Source of the DNA: Acutalibacteraceae bacterium
GTDB taxonomy: Bacteria; Bacillota; Clostridia; Oscillospirales; Acutalibacteraceae
Direction of reading: 5' to 3'
NCBI GenBank assembly: GCA_036306845.1
Contig: JAXJYT010000082.1
Coordinates: forward strand, 1-28,369
Length of the DNA: 28,369 bases
Shown here: one piece after another, positions 19,816 to 28,072 of the stretch
How positions within the stretch are numbered: the first letter of the stretch is position 1
Layout: the number at the start of each line of letters is the position of its first letter
Position numbers and translations under genes: made by a program
The notes under the pieces: model-generated
Seen by the model: only the letters and a program-made list of their open reading frames with translations
What the model was told of the DNA's origin: nothing
Databases searched by the model: none

Positions 19816-20783
19816 AAAGATTTGCTAGTATCCTTTTGTGTATGGTGCTTGTTTGTACTGTTTTCTGCGGTTGTAACGTAAGGCGTGGTCTTGACGACGG
19901 TTATATCCTAACCGCAATCGGATTTGATTTTAAAAATGACGTATACACCACTTTTTGTGAGCTTACGGTAATTCCCGACAGGCAGGATGAGGATATAAAG
20001 ACTACAACTTTTACTGCTTCGGGAAATACTCCGGAGGGTGCGCTTTATAATTTAAGCCTTAATTTTCAAAAGGCGGTTTATTTTGACCACTGCGCCGCGC
20101 TTCTCATAGGTAACGGTGTAGAGGGAGCATCACTTGGCAGTGTTATAGCCTACTGTGCAAAAGAAAAAAATATTAACCCCACGCTTTATACTGCTTATTG
20201 TGAGGATATAGGTGCGCTTCTGAAGACTGAAACTTCGGCAGCGGCAGTAGGGTATCATATTATGAATCTTTTGCGGCACCGTGAAAGAGAGAGTGGGATT
20301 GATTTTAAATCCAAGCTATACGAAATAGCGACACAAAAGGGTGACGTAACCCAAACCTTTACATTGCCCGTGTTTAAGGGCGGAGAGGAAGTAGTGCTTA
20401 CGGGCGCTACGGTTTTTAAAGATAACAACAAGACTGCAACAATGAATAATGATGAATATACAGCGTATTCGTTTTTGACCGAACGATTTAAAAGGGGTAG
20501 GATATCACTTTACGGTGAATTTGCCGATATTAAAAGGGTGAAATATGATTTCAAGGTAAAGACTTCGGAACAGAAAACGGATGCAAGTATTGATATTAAA
20601 CTTCATACAAAGGATAAAAGCAAGGGATTTGAGGGTGTTATGAAGGTGCAACTGCAAATGCTTTCCGATACGCTTATCGGCAAGGATGTACTGTTTATAG
20701 GTGAACGTGCAAGGATAAGAGGAATAGATACTTTAAACATCAAAAATGAAGATATTAAATTTATGTTGGAGGCGCGTGTGTAG
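19809..20783 (+). CDS. gerKC: Spore germination receptor subunit C (lipoprotein), divergent
   Basis: Signal peptide with lipobox (VFCGC), ILTAIGFD, VYFDHCAALLIG; overlaps gerKA. Confidence 0.75.
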   Translation: MVKRFASILLCMVLVCTVFCGCNVRRGLDDGYILTAIGFDFKNDVYTTFCELTVIPDRQDEDIKTTTFTASGNTPEGALYNLSLNFQKAVYFDHCAALLIGNGVEGASLGSVIAYCAKEKNINPTLYTAYCEDIGALLKTETSAAAVGYHIMNLLRHRERESGIDFKSKLYEIATQKGDVTQTFTLPVFKGGEEVVLTGATVFKDNNKTATMNNDEYTAYSFLTERFKRGRISLYGEFADIKRVKYDFKVKTSEQKTDASIDIKLHTKDKSKGFEGVMKVQLQMLSDTLIGKDVLFIGERARIRGIDTLNIKNEDIKFMLEARV

Positions 20784-21706
20784 TGGATAAAAAAATCGCG
20801 GACAGACATTCGCTTTGTCTTATAGGTATGTTTATTTTGGGCGAAACCTTGATTTTGGCGCCCTATAGCGGCGCGGATAGCTTTAATATTTTAGCGCTTA
20901 TAATAGCGGTTGGTGTAGCGGCGGTGTTCTTTAGTATTCTTTCTCCGATTTTGATAAGGGCTTTTGGTAATAAGGATAACGGTGGTGCGCTTAACGTGCT
21001 TTTTGGTAGCATAGTGATAATTTTTTCGCTTTACGTAGCGCTTGGATGCTTTAAAACTACCGTTAGTTTAGCTGAAAATGTAATGACTAATAATATACCG
21101 CGAATACTGATAGTATTTGTATTATCGGCGGGTTCAGTAGCTGCAATTTATGCGCCCGCCCGCGCTATATATAAGGTGGCTTTGTTATCATCGGTTCTGA
21201 TTGCCTTGGCGGTAGCCGTTTTGTTCGCGTTAAGTCTGCCGCATTTTAACGTGCGTAATATCGTCCCGTATACTTTCACAATAGAAAAAAGTATTTTATT
21301 GCAAGCAGTAGATTACTTTGTACGTGTGTTCTTGCCAACTGCGCTTGCGATGGTATATATATGTCTTACACGGGATAACGTTAATGCAAAAACCGCATCC
21401 GAGGGTATTTTTTTAGGCGGTAGTCTGCTTGTGATTTGTGTTGCCTCGGCAATAATGGTTTTTACTGCCCCTGTCGCCGCAGGAATGCAGTTTCCGTATC
21501 TTAATGCCGTCGGTGTTGCCAATGCGGGAGAACTTTTTACACGCGTGGATGGCTTGGCATATCCTATTTTAATTGTAACCTCGCTAATTAAAATTATAGT
21601 GTGTCTTAAATTGGTTATAAGCCTTATTACAAATTTAGGCTTTAAATACAAAAAGACATTAAGCGTTGCTTGCGGTGCGCTTATGATGATACTTGCAATT
21701 ATTTAA
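20783..21706 (+). CDS. gerKB: Spore germination receptor subunit B (APC-like membrane protein), short and divergent
   Basis: Multi-TM protein; KI..R...L..MFILGE at the N-terminus and FPYL.......GELFTRVDGL near the C-terminus are typical of GerB; A-C-B gene order. Confidence 0.75.
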   Translation: MDKKIADRHSLCLIGMFILGETLILAPYSGADSFNILALIIAVGVAAVFFSILSPILIRAFGNKDNGGALNVLFGSIVIIFSLYVALGCFKTTVSLAENVMTNNIPRILIVFVLSAGSVAAIYAPARAIYKVALLSSVLIALAVAVLFALSLPHFNVRNIVPYTFTIEKSILLQAVDYFVRVFLPTALAMVYICLTRDNVNAKTASEGIFLGGSLLVICVASAIMVFTAPVAAGMQFPYLNAVGVANAGELFTRVDGLAYPILIVTSLIKIIVCLKLVISLITNLGFKYKKTLSVACGALMMILAII

Positions 21707-21789
21707 AGATGTCGGTGAATGTCGCAAAAAGAATGATATATTTAGCATAAGCTGTGCGGAAGCATAAAATATATCAAGGAAGTGACATT

Positions 21790-22506
21790 ATGTTTAAATT
21801 AGCTCTTAATGCGGGTCACGGATATGAAACGGCAGGAAAAAGATGCCTTAAATCCATAGACCCAAAAGAAACGCGCGAATACGAGCTGAACCGCCGTATA
21901 TGTGATAAAATTGCGGAAATATTGGGCGGTACCGATATCAAAATTATCCGTATTGATAACGGTAAGGATATACCGATTCGTTCGCGTGCGGCTATGGCAA
22001 ATACTGGGGACGCCGACCTTTATTTGTCGATCCATCACAATGCGGGAATACGCGGTGGTGCAGGTGGCGGAATTGAAGCGTACGTATATCCCAACGTTGA
22101 TGCAAAAACACTGAACTGGCAAAGAATACTTTATAATGCCACTGTGGCGGCAACGGGACTTCGCGGTAACCGCGCACAACCCTTACGCTCGGCGGATTTC
22201 GGTGAACTACGCCTTACAAAAATGCCTGCAGTATTGCTTGAATGCGGCTTTATGGACAGTACCACCGATACACCGATAATTTTAGGAGATGACTTTGCTC
22301 AGAAAATTGCTAACGCGGTAAGCGAGGTAATTATAGCAAAATCAGGTGTCAAGAGAAACGACATTGCCAAAAAGACAAATGAACAGTTGGCGGATGAGGT
22401 TATCCGCGGCTTGTGGGGTAACGGCGCCGAGCGCAGAAAGCGTATTGCCGACGCGGGATATGATTATGCGGCTATCCAACGTCTTGTAAACGAAAGGTTG
22501 GCGTGA
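21790..22506 (+). CDS. N-acetylmuramoyl-L-alanine amidase (Amidase_3) with CW_7/Cpl-7 repeat; endolysin-like
   Basis: Zn ligands and catalytic residues in NAGHG, REYELN, LSIHHNA, PAVLLECGFMD. C-terminal LADEVIRGLWGNGAERRKRIADAGYDYAAIQRLVN is a CW_7 repeat. No signal peptide. Confidence 0.92.
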   Translation: MFKLALNAGHGYETAGKRCLKSIDPKETREYELNRRICDKIAEILGGTDIKIIRIDNGKDIPIRSRAAMANTGDADLYLSIHHNAGIRGGAGGGIEAYVYPNVDAKTLNWQRILYNATVAATGLRGNRAQPLRSADFGELRLTKMPAVLLECGFMDSTTDTPIILGDDFAQKIANAVSEVIIAKSGVKRNDIAKKTNEQLADEVIRGLWGNGAERRKRIADAGYDYAAIQRLVNERLA

Positions 22507-22509
22507 GCT

Positions 22510-22719
22510 ATGAGGGAAAATTTGGGGCTTTGGTTTCGCGCCGCCGCAATACGCGCGATTAAAACGGTAGCGCAGACCGCAATTGCTACCATTGGCACAA
22601 CGGCGATGCTTTCTTCTGTAGAATGGGGCGTGGTGTTAAGCACCGCCGCTCTTTCGGGAATATTATCTCTTTTGACTTCGGTAGCAGGTCTGCCAGAGGT
22701 AAAAGCAACACTTGAATAA
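22510..22719 (+). CDS. Phage r1t-type holin
   Basis: W..AAAIRAIKTVAQTAIATIG......V.W..V.S...L.GILSLLTSVAGLPEV is the r1t holin signature; 69 aa, 2 TM segments, 3 nt after the amidase stop. Confidence 0.88.
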   Translation: MRENLGLWFRAAAIRAIKTVAQTAIATIGTTAMLSSVEWGVVLSTAALSGILSLLTSVAGLPEVKATLE

Positions 22720-22756
22720 AATATAGTAATGTGTTAATATATCCTCGGTGATAAAA

Positions 22757-23350
22757 ATGTTGTTTAAAAAAAGAGCCTCTGGCTTTGAGTATTTGGTAGT
22801 GGGTCTTGGAAATCCGGGTATGCAGTATGAAAAAACCCGACATAATGCCGGCTTTATGGCGGCTGATTTATTGGCGGAAAAGTATGATTGCACGCTATCC
22901 CGCAATAAATTTGATGCAATTTACGGCGATACCGAAATCGGCGGTCACCGCGTTATAATTGCCAAGCCTCAAACCTATATGAATCTTTCGGGCAAGGCGG
23001 TAGTTGCCATAAGTCAGTTTTATAAAATTCCGCTTTCAAATATTATAGTTATGTTTGATGATATTTCGCTTGATGTCGGTAAAATCCGTATTCGCCGAAA
23101 AGGAAGCGCGGGCGGTCACAACGGCATTAAGGATATTATTGAGCTTACCGGTACCGAGGATATAATGCGCATAAAAATCGGTGTTGGCGCAAAGGCGCAC
23201 CCTGACAGTGACCTAAAAGACCACGTGCTCGGTCGCATACCCGATGAGCAGCTAAAGGACTTTGAGGTCTCACTTAAAAATGCGGTATCTGCGGTAGGGG
23301 AGATATTGTCGCGTGGCGTTGACAGCGCTATGAACAAATACAGTAAATAA
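22757..23350 (+). CDS. pth: Peptidyl-tRNA hydrolase
   Basis: LVVGLGNPG..Y..TRHNAGF, KPQTYMNLSG, GSAGGHNG, RIKIGVG. Confidence 0.97.
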   Translation: MLFKKRASGFEYLVVGLGNPGMQYEKTRHNAGFMAADLLAEKYDCTLSRNKFDAIYGDTEIGGHRVIIAKPQTYMNLSGKAVVAISQFYKIPLSNIIVMFDDISLDVGKIRIRRKGSAGGHNGIKDIIELTGTEDIMRIKIGVGAKAHPDSDLKDHVLGRIPDEQLKDFEVSLKNAVSAVGEILSRGVDSAMNKYSK

Positions 23351-23389
23351 AAAAATCCTGATTTTCAAAATGAAAATCAGGATTTTTTT
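23349..23389. terminator. Bidirectional terminator between pth and the AraC gene
   Basis: 19-bp perfect inverted repeat AAAAAAATCCTGATTTTCA-aaa-TGAAAATCAGGATTTTTTT. Confidence 0.88.
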
Positions 23390-24201
23390 TGCATTCTTCT
23401 ATATTCGCTCGGCGGCATATTGTATTTGCTGTAAAATACCTTTGAAAAATAATTTTGTTCGGAAAATCCCGTGTCAATCGAAATTTCCTTTATGCTCTTG
23501 TTGCTTTTGAGCATTTCCGCCGCCTTTTCAAGTCGAAGATTTTTTATGTAATTACCAAGCGTTATATTGTATTTGTGCTTAAATGAATTCATAAGGGTTG
23601 TTCTGCTGCAACCGAAAATATTGCAAAGTCGTTCTACCGACAGGTCATCGGCGAAATGTGAGCCAACATACTGCATTATATTTTCTGCAAGCTCACGCGA
23701 ATGGGGGGCAATTTTATTACTTTGCGAAAGATATTCCGATATTACCGACAGTATGTTTATATAGCTTTGAAGAATGTTGGCATCTATCTCGGGTATAAGA
23801 CGTACGTTTTGCCACAGTGTCTGTCGGTTTTCAAAATATGGAGCGGAAAGCTTGGCAATGTTTCGGATAGAGGTTGCGGCATTATCACTTATTTGTCCCA
23901 TCATAAAATATCCCGAGTGCACGCCGTAGTGATATATGGGAGCCACCGTTTCAATAAGTCCGCAATGACATTTATAGGTAACGCTCTTACCCGTATCGCG
24001 CGCTTTTTTGAACGCTGCTTCATCGGCAAGGCGACATTTAAGTCTTACTGCATCGTCCTTTTGAAGCATCTGACAAAAAGGCAGTAGGGTATCGGGGTAT
24101 GCGGCAATTTCCCGTGAATCTCTGTCGTGAATGGAAATCCGTGCACCCGTTACTTTATGGAAATCCTTTAATATATTAAGCATTTGTAGATTTTCGTTCA
24201 T
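23377..24201 (-). CDS. AraC-family regulator with PocR ligand-binding domain
   Basis: PocR motifs (PFCQML...C...D, YKCHCGL.E..API, GYFMMGQ); C-terminal double HTH ending GFSEQNYFSKVF....MPPSEYR. Confidence 0.92.
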   Translation of the reverse strand: MNENLQMLNILKDFHKVTGARISIHDRDSREIAAYPDTLLPFCQMLQKDDAVRLKCRLADEAAFKKARDTGKSVTYKCHCGLIETVAPIYHYGVHSGYFMMGQISDNAATSIRNIAKLSAPYFENRQTLWQNVRLIPEIDANILQSYINILSVISEYLSQSNKIAPHSRELAENIMQYVGSHFADDLSVERLCNIFGCSRTTLMNSFKHKYNITLGNYIKNLRLEKAAEMLKSNKSIKEISIDTGFSEQNYFSKVFYSKYNMPPSEYRRMQKKS

Positions 24202-24242
24202 ATAATCACCAATTTAGTAAAATTTGTACTATATTACTAATT

Positions 24243-24270
24243 ATTATACGCTATTTTATAGAAAAGTCAA
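24243..24270 (-). promoter_or_regulatory. SigA promoter for the AraC gene
   Basis: Minus strand TTGACT, 16 bp spacer, TATAAT. Confidence 0.55.
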
Positions 24271-24318
24271 ATCAGAATATGCATAATTGAATTAAATAAA
24301 AGTAAAAGGTGATTTTAA

Positions 24319-25425
24319 ATGGCAATGAATAATACCGCAGTAGGTACAATTGCACGTGAATTTAATATGAAGGGCTTTCTTGTCGATACCCGTCCTTACG
24401 GAAACGGACACATAAACGATACGTATCTTGTGCGCTATAATGATGGCGGTAAGATAACAAAATATATCATTCAACGCATTAATACTGATATTTTCAAGGA
24501 TTATGAGGGTCTGATGAACAACATTGTCGGTGTTACCGAATTTATGCGCGCAAAGCTTAATGACCTTGGTCGTGACGGCAGTCGTGGCGCACTTACCGTT
24601 ATCAAGACTATTCGCGGAAAAATCTTCTATATTGACGGCTACGGTGACGTTTGGCGCGCATTTATATTTATAGATGATGCGGTATCACTTGACTTGCCTG
24701 AGGATGAAAACGATTTTTATCAAAGCGCGGTAGCATTCGGAGAATTTCAACGTATGCTTGCCGATTATCCCGCCGAAACGCTTGTTGAAAGTATACCCGA
24801 TTTCCATAATACGCCCGTAAGATACGAAGCTTTTTTAAAGGCGGTAGAAGCTGACGTTTGTGGCAGGGCAAGCGGCGTTGAAAAGGAAATAGAATTTGTG
24901 AAATCGCGCCGCGAATTTATGTCGGTGCTTATGGATAGCCACGCTTCAGGTAAGTTGCCCTTAAAGGTTACCCATAACGATACAAAGATGAACAACGTGA
25001 TGCTTGATAAGGACACGCGCGAGCCGGTTTGCGTGGTTGACCTTGATACAATTATGCCGGGCTTTTCGGTAAACGATTTCGGTGATTCAATCCGCTTCGG
25101 CGCATCAACTGCCGCCGAGGATGAAAAGGACTTGAATTTAGTTCATTTCAGTATCAATATGTTTGAAACCTACACACGTGGATTTTTAAAGGGCTGCGCA
25201 GGCTCACTCACCGAAGCCGAGCTTGACCTCTTGCCCGAGGGCGCTAAGATGATGACGCTTGAATGCGGTATGCGCTTCCTTACAGATTACTTAAGCGGCG
25301 ATACATATTTCAAAACTGCATATAAAGAACATAACCTTGTCCGTTGCCGTACACAGTTTAAGCTTGTAAGCGAAATGGAAGAGCAATGGGACAATATGAA
25401 GAAAATCGTAAGCAAATATAAGTAA
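24319..25425 (+). CDS. N-acetylhexosamine 1-kinase-like (NahK/LnpB, APH phosphotransferase fold)
   Basis: GNGHINDTY, YIIQRIN, IPDFHNTP.R, THNDTKMNN, VDLDTIMPG, DFGDSIRFG, ECGMRFLTDYL.GD.YFK. Confidence 0.85.
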   Translation: MAMNNTAVGTIAREFNMKGFLVDTRPYGNGHINDTYLVRYNDGGKITKYIIQRINTDIFKDYEGLMNNIVGVTEFMRAKLNDLGRDGSRGALTVIKTIRGKIFYIDGYGDVWRAFIFIDDAVSLDLPEDENDFYQSAVAFGEFQRMLADYPAETLVESIPDFHNTPVRYEAFLKAVEADVCGRASGVEKEIEFVKSRREFMSVLMDSHASGKLPLKVTHNDTKMNNVMLDKDTREPVCVVDLDTIMPGFSVNDFGDSIRFGASTAAEDEKDLNLVHFSINMFETYTRGFLKGCAGSLTEAELDLLPEGAKMMTLECGMRFLTDYLSGDTYFKTAYKEHNLVRCRTQFKLVSEMEEQWDNMKKIVSKYK

Positions 25426-25437
25426 AGGAAGAAATTC

Positions 25438-26148
25438 ATGAAATATTTTGAAGTAGAAACCTATAAGGAAATGTCGCGCAAGGCGGCAAATATAATATCT
25501 GCGCAGATTATTACAAAGCATAACAGTGTGTTGGGACTTGCAACCGGCTCTACACCGCTTGGTATTTACAATCAGTTAATCGAATGGTATAATAAGGGCG
25601 ACCTTGATTTCGGTGATGTTATAAGTGTTAACCTTGATGAATATTTAGGCCTTGCGGGTGACCATCCGCAAAGCTACCGTTATTATATGGATAACAATTT
25701 GTTCAGTCAGGTTAACATTGATATAAAAAACACCTTCGTACCAAACGGCAAAACGCAGGATATTGACGCCGAATGTGCTGCTTATGATAAGCGAATAAAG
25801 GATTTAGGCGGTATTGATTTACAACTTTTAGGTATTGGTGAGGATGGTCATATCGGCTTTAATGAGCCTGATGACTGCTTTGTAAAGGCTACGCATGTGG
25901 TTGATTTACACGAATCTACTATATCGGCAAATTCAAGATTCTTTGAAAGCGCCGATGACGTGCCGCGCAAGGCAATTACTATGGGTATGGTATCCATAAT
26001 GCAAGCAAAAAAAATTCTGCTTGTTGCAAACGGCGAGAAAAAACGCGACATTTTGGAAAAGGCGTTCAAGGGTCCCATAACTCCGAAAATTCCCGCATCT
26101 ATTCTTCAACTGCACCCCGATATAACGGTAATTTACAGTAAGAATTAG
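25438..26148 (+). CDS. nagB: Glucosamine-6-phosphate deaminase
   Basis: LGLATGSTP, NLDEY, HPQSY, LLGIGEDGHIGFNEP, PASILQLH. Confidence 0.96.
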   Translation: MKYFEVETYKEMSRKAANIISAQIITKHNSVLGLATGSTPLGIYNQLIEWYNKGDLDFGDVISVNLDEYLGLAGDHPQSYRYYMDNNLFSQVNIDIKNTFVPNGKTQDIDAECAAYDKRIKDLGGIDLQLLGIGEDGHIGFNEPDDCFVKATHVVDLHESTISANSRFFESADDVPRKAITMGMVSIMQAKKILLVANGEKKRDILEKAFKGPITPKIPASILQLHPDITVIYSKN

Positions 26149-26203
26149 GCGGCTTTGAACTTACAAAAATGTTCGGGTGCATAGTGGCGGCAAAATATTT
26201 GAA

Positions 26204-26238
26204 TAATAAAAGAGCTTGTGCGGTTGCACAAGCTCTTA
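26204..26238. terminator. Intrinsic terminator, strongest for the minus-strand gene
   Basis: AAGAGCTTGTGC-GGTT-GCACAAGCTCTT, with a T-rich tail on the minus strand. Confidence 0.85.
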
Positions 26239-26242
26239 ATCT

Positions 26243-27679
26243 TTAGTTTGCAGCAGGCGGTATCAGTACGTCGGAAGAATTTTTTTGCTCACTGCTTTGC
26301 GGTTTGCTTTCTTCCTTTTTTACTTCCTGCTTTTTTATTTTAAGTGTAAAGGTATTCAAGCTGTTATTCTGTGTGGTAAGCTTGATTGCCATTTGCGTCG
26401 TATCATCGGCATAGCCCGTAGGTGCGGTGTGAACAAGGGTATAATCGCCGTAAGCAAGGCCTTCCTTTAGTACAACGCCGTTTTTATCGGTCTTGCCAAG
26501 CACGGTTTCCTTTCCTGACGAGTCCTTCACCTTGAACTCTACACCCTCAATACCGTTGCCCTTGTCATCTTGCAGTTTGATTTCGGCAGATGCCGAGAAT
26601 CTTATGTTGGAGGGCGGGGTGATAATATCCATCATCTCCTGCGGATGCGGATTGCGGTTCATACGCTCGATAGCGCAGAATTCGGGACCGTTTTCGTTGC
26701 CCACGTGTGTTACCCAATGATAGCCGTTAACGTATCCCGCATATATACTTATATGTGAGCAATAGCCACTACCGTATGCGGGTTTCTGGTTAACACCGCT
26801 GCTTCGGTTTTTAAGAAGAATAAGTGAGCCTATCGGTATTTCCTCTGCAGGCTTCATTATAAGGTCTCTGTGAATACTGCCGCCATCGGTTGCAGTAAAA
26901 TCAATATACCTTGAATAACCCTTTGCCACCCACTGCTTTGCCGCCTGATACCACGAATGTGCGCTGTCCGATTGCGCGGGGCGGTCAAGCGAAGAAGTAT
27001 CTATACCTGCAACATTTGGCAGATAGTTAAAGTAAACATAAGCCGCGTATGTAGCGCAAACAAGACCTCGTTTTTTATTTTGCGCCTTGTTTCGCCAAGT
27101 GAAGAATTCTATATCAGGAAGACCAAACGCATTTGTTTCGTATCCGCTTGCACTACCGGCGTCGTCGTATGTGATTTCCGATAGCCAACCAAGACCACGC
27201 TTTTGATTGCACAAAACGTAGTTGCCGCCCGATGCAAACATTCTGCCGCTTGCGCGTTCGCGCTCAAGATTATAACCAGTGTAGCTTAAAGCATCAAGAA
27301 ATACGTTGCTATACGGACTCATATCAGAGTTGTACTTGAAGTCGGTGTTAACCTGAGGCGCGGGTTCAGGTTTTGGAGCGGGTGGGGTAGATGCCACGGG
27401 TGTTGATGACGGTGTGCTCTCTTCGGATGAAACGGGCGCATCACTCGAAACCTCAGGCACAGAAACGATTTCCGATACGACATCACTTTTACTAGAGTAT
27501 ACGGTATCGGATTTTTGAGGCGCGCTTAGCACGCTTGAAATAACAATTACTGCTGCAAGAATAGCCGCTATAACCGACATAATTATTGCAGAGGTAATCT
27601 TATGACTAACAATAAAAGCAAGCACGGCATAAAAAGCCGATACAAGCGCTTCCTTTACTTTGAGTAAAAAGTCTTTCAT
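26243..27679 (-). CDS. Membrane-anchored extracellular protein: TM anchor, Ser/Pro linker, NlpC/P60-like domain, SpaA/Cna-B-like domain
   Basis: Hydrophobic N-terminus; S/P/T-rich linker; GLVCATYAAYVY...IGSLILL...SHISIYAG...WVTH; then D.KGNGIEGVEF.V...TDKNG....GL.YGDYTL...APTGY. ATG 27679 follows AAGGA. Confidence 0.75.
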   Translation of the reverse strand: MKDFLLKVKEALVSAFYAVLAFIVSHKITSAIIMSVIAAILAAVIVISSVLSAPQKSDTVYSSKSDVVSEIVSVPEVSSDAPVSSEESTPSSTPVASTPPAPKPEPAPQVNTDFKYNSDMSPYSNVFLDALSYTGYNLERERASGRMFASGGNYVLCNQKRGLGWLSEITYDDAGSASGYETNAFGLPDIEFFTWRNKAQNKKRGLVCATYAAYVYFNYLPNVAGIDTSSLDRPAQSDSAHSWYQAAKQWVAKGYSRYIDFTATDGGSIHRDLIMKPAEEIPIGSLILLKNRSSGVNQKPAYGSGYCSHISIYAGYVNGYHWVTHVGNENGPEFCAIERMNRNPHPQEMMDIITPPSNIRFSASAEIKLQDDKGNGIEGVEFKVKDSSGKETVLGKTDKNGVVLKEGLAYGDYTLVHTAPTGYADDTTQMAIKLTTQNNSLNTFTLKIKKQEVKKEESKPQSSEQKNSSDVLIPPAAN

Positions 27680-27702
27680 ATAAACACATCCTTGTTCAAT
27701 AA

Positions 27703-27731
27703 ATTTTACTTTAAAAAAGCACAAATGTCAA
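27703..27731 (-). promoter_or_regulatory. SigA promoter for the NlpC/P60-like gene
   Basis: Minus strand TTGACA (27731-27726), 17 bp spacer, TAAAAT (27708-27703). Confidence 0.75.
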
Positions 27732-27837
27732 GTAAGTGCACAAATTGGCGTAAAATGTAAAAAATGATTTAGTGAAGGGTTAATAGTAAAAAGTAAAATC
27801 GACTACATTTCTCGGGTTCGCCACCTAATTCATATAT

Positions 27838-27876
27838 AAAAAAAGAACACCTATAACCGAAACTATAAGTGTTCTT
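27838..27876 (-). terminator. Intrinsic terminator downstream of the tRNA-Ala 3' end
   Basis: Minus strand AAGAACACTTATAG-TTTCGG-TTATAGGTGTTCTT followed by a T tract. Confidence 0.8.
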
Positions 27877-27882
27877 CAAAAT

Positions 27883-27944
<62 letters not shown>

Positions 27945-27971
27945 ATACGCAAAATTATACCCCCGATAAAT

Positions 27972-28011
27972 AGCACCGCTCCCGTAGGAAATCCCATGGG
28001 AGCGGTGTTTT
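27972..28011 (+). terminator. Hairpin/terminator at the island boundary
   Basis: CACCGCTCCC...GGGAGCGGTG stem followed by TTTT. Confidence 0.6.
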
Positions 28012-28014
28012 GCA

Positions 28015-28043
28015 TTGCAAAGATTGTTGAAATATGGTAAAAT
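28015..28043 (+). promoter_or_regulatory. SigA promoter for the DUF4365-like gene
   Basis: TTGCAA, 17 bp spacer, TAAAAT with extended TG (28035-28036). Confidence 0.65.
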
Positions 28044-28072
28044 GCATAAAAAAGAGGCGGGAGGGCGTATAT

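Noticed and set aside
21790..22719. Prophage
   Set aside because: Only lysis genes are present; no integrase, att repeats, replication or structural genes, and both flanks are host genes.
24319..25425. Aminoglycoside resistance phosphotransferase
   Set aside because: Motifs and linkage to nagB fit the NahK-like sugar kinase branch of the APH fold.
26157..26174. GAAC-N10-GTTC after nagB
   Set aside because: Wrong spacing for a LexA box and located between convergent genes.
470..27184. The many short antisense or out-of-frame ORFs in the track (for example 11296-11892, 1956-2384, 15316-15792)
   Set aside because: They overlap well-supported genes and show no recognisable motifs; treated as shadow ORFs.
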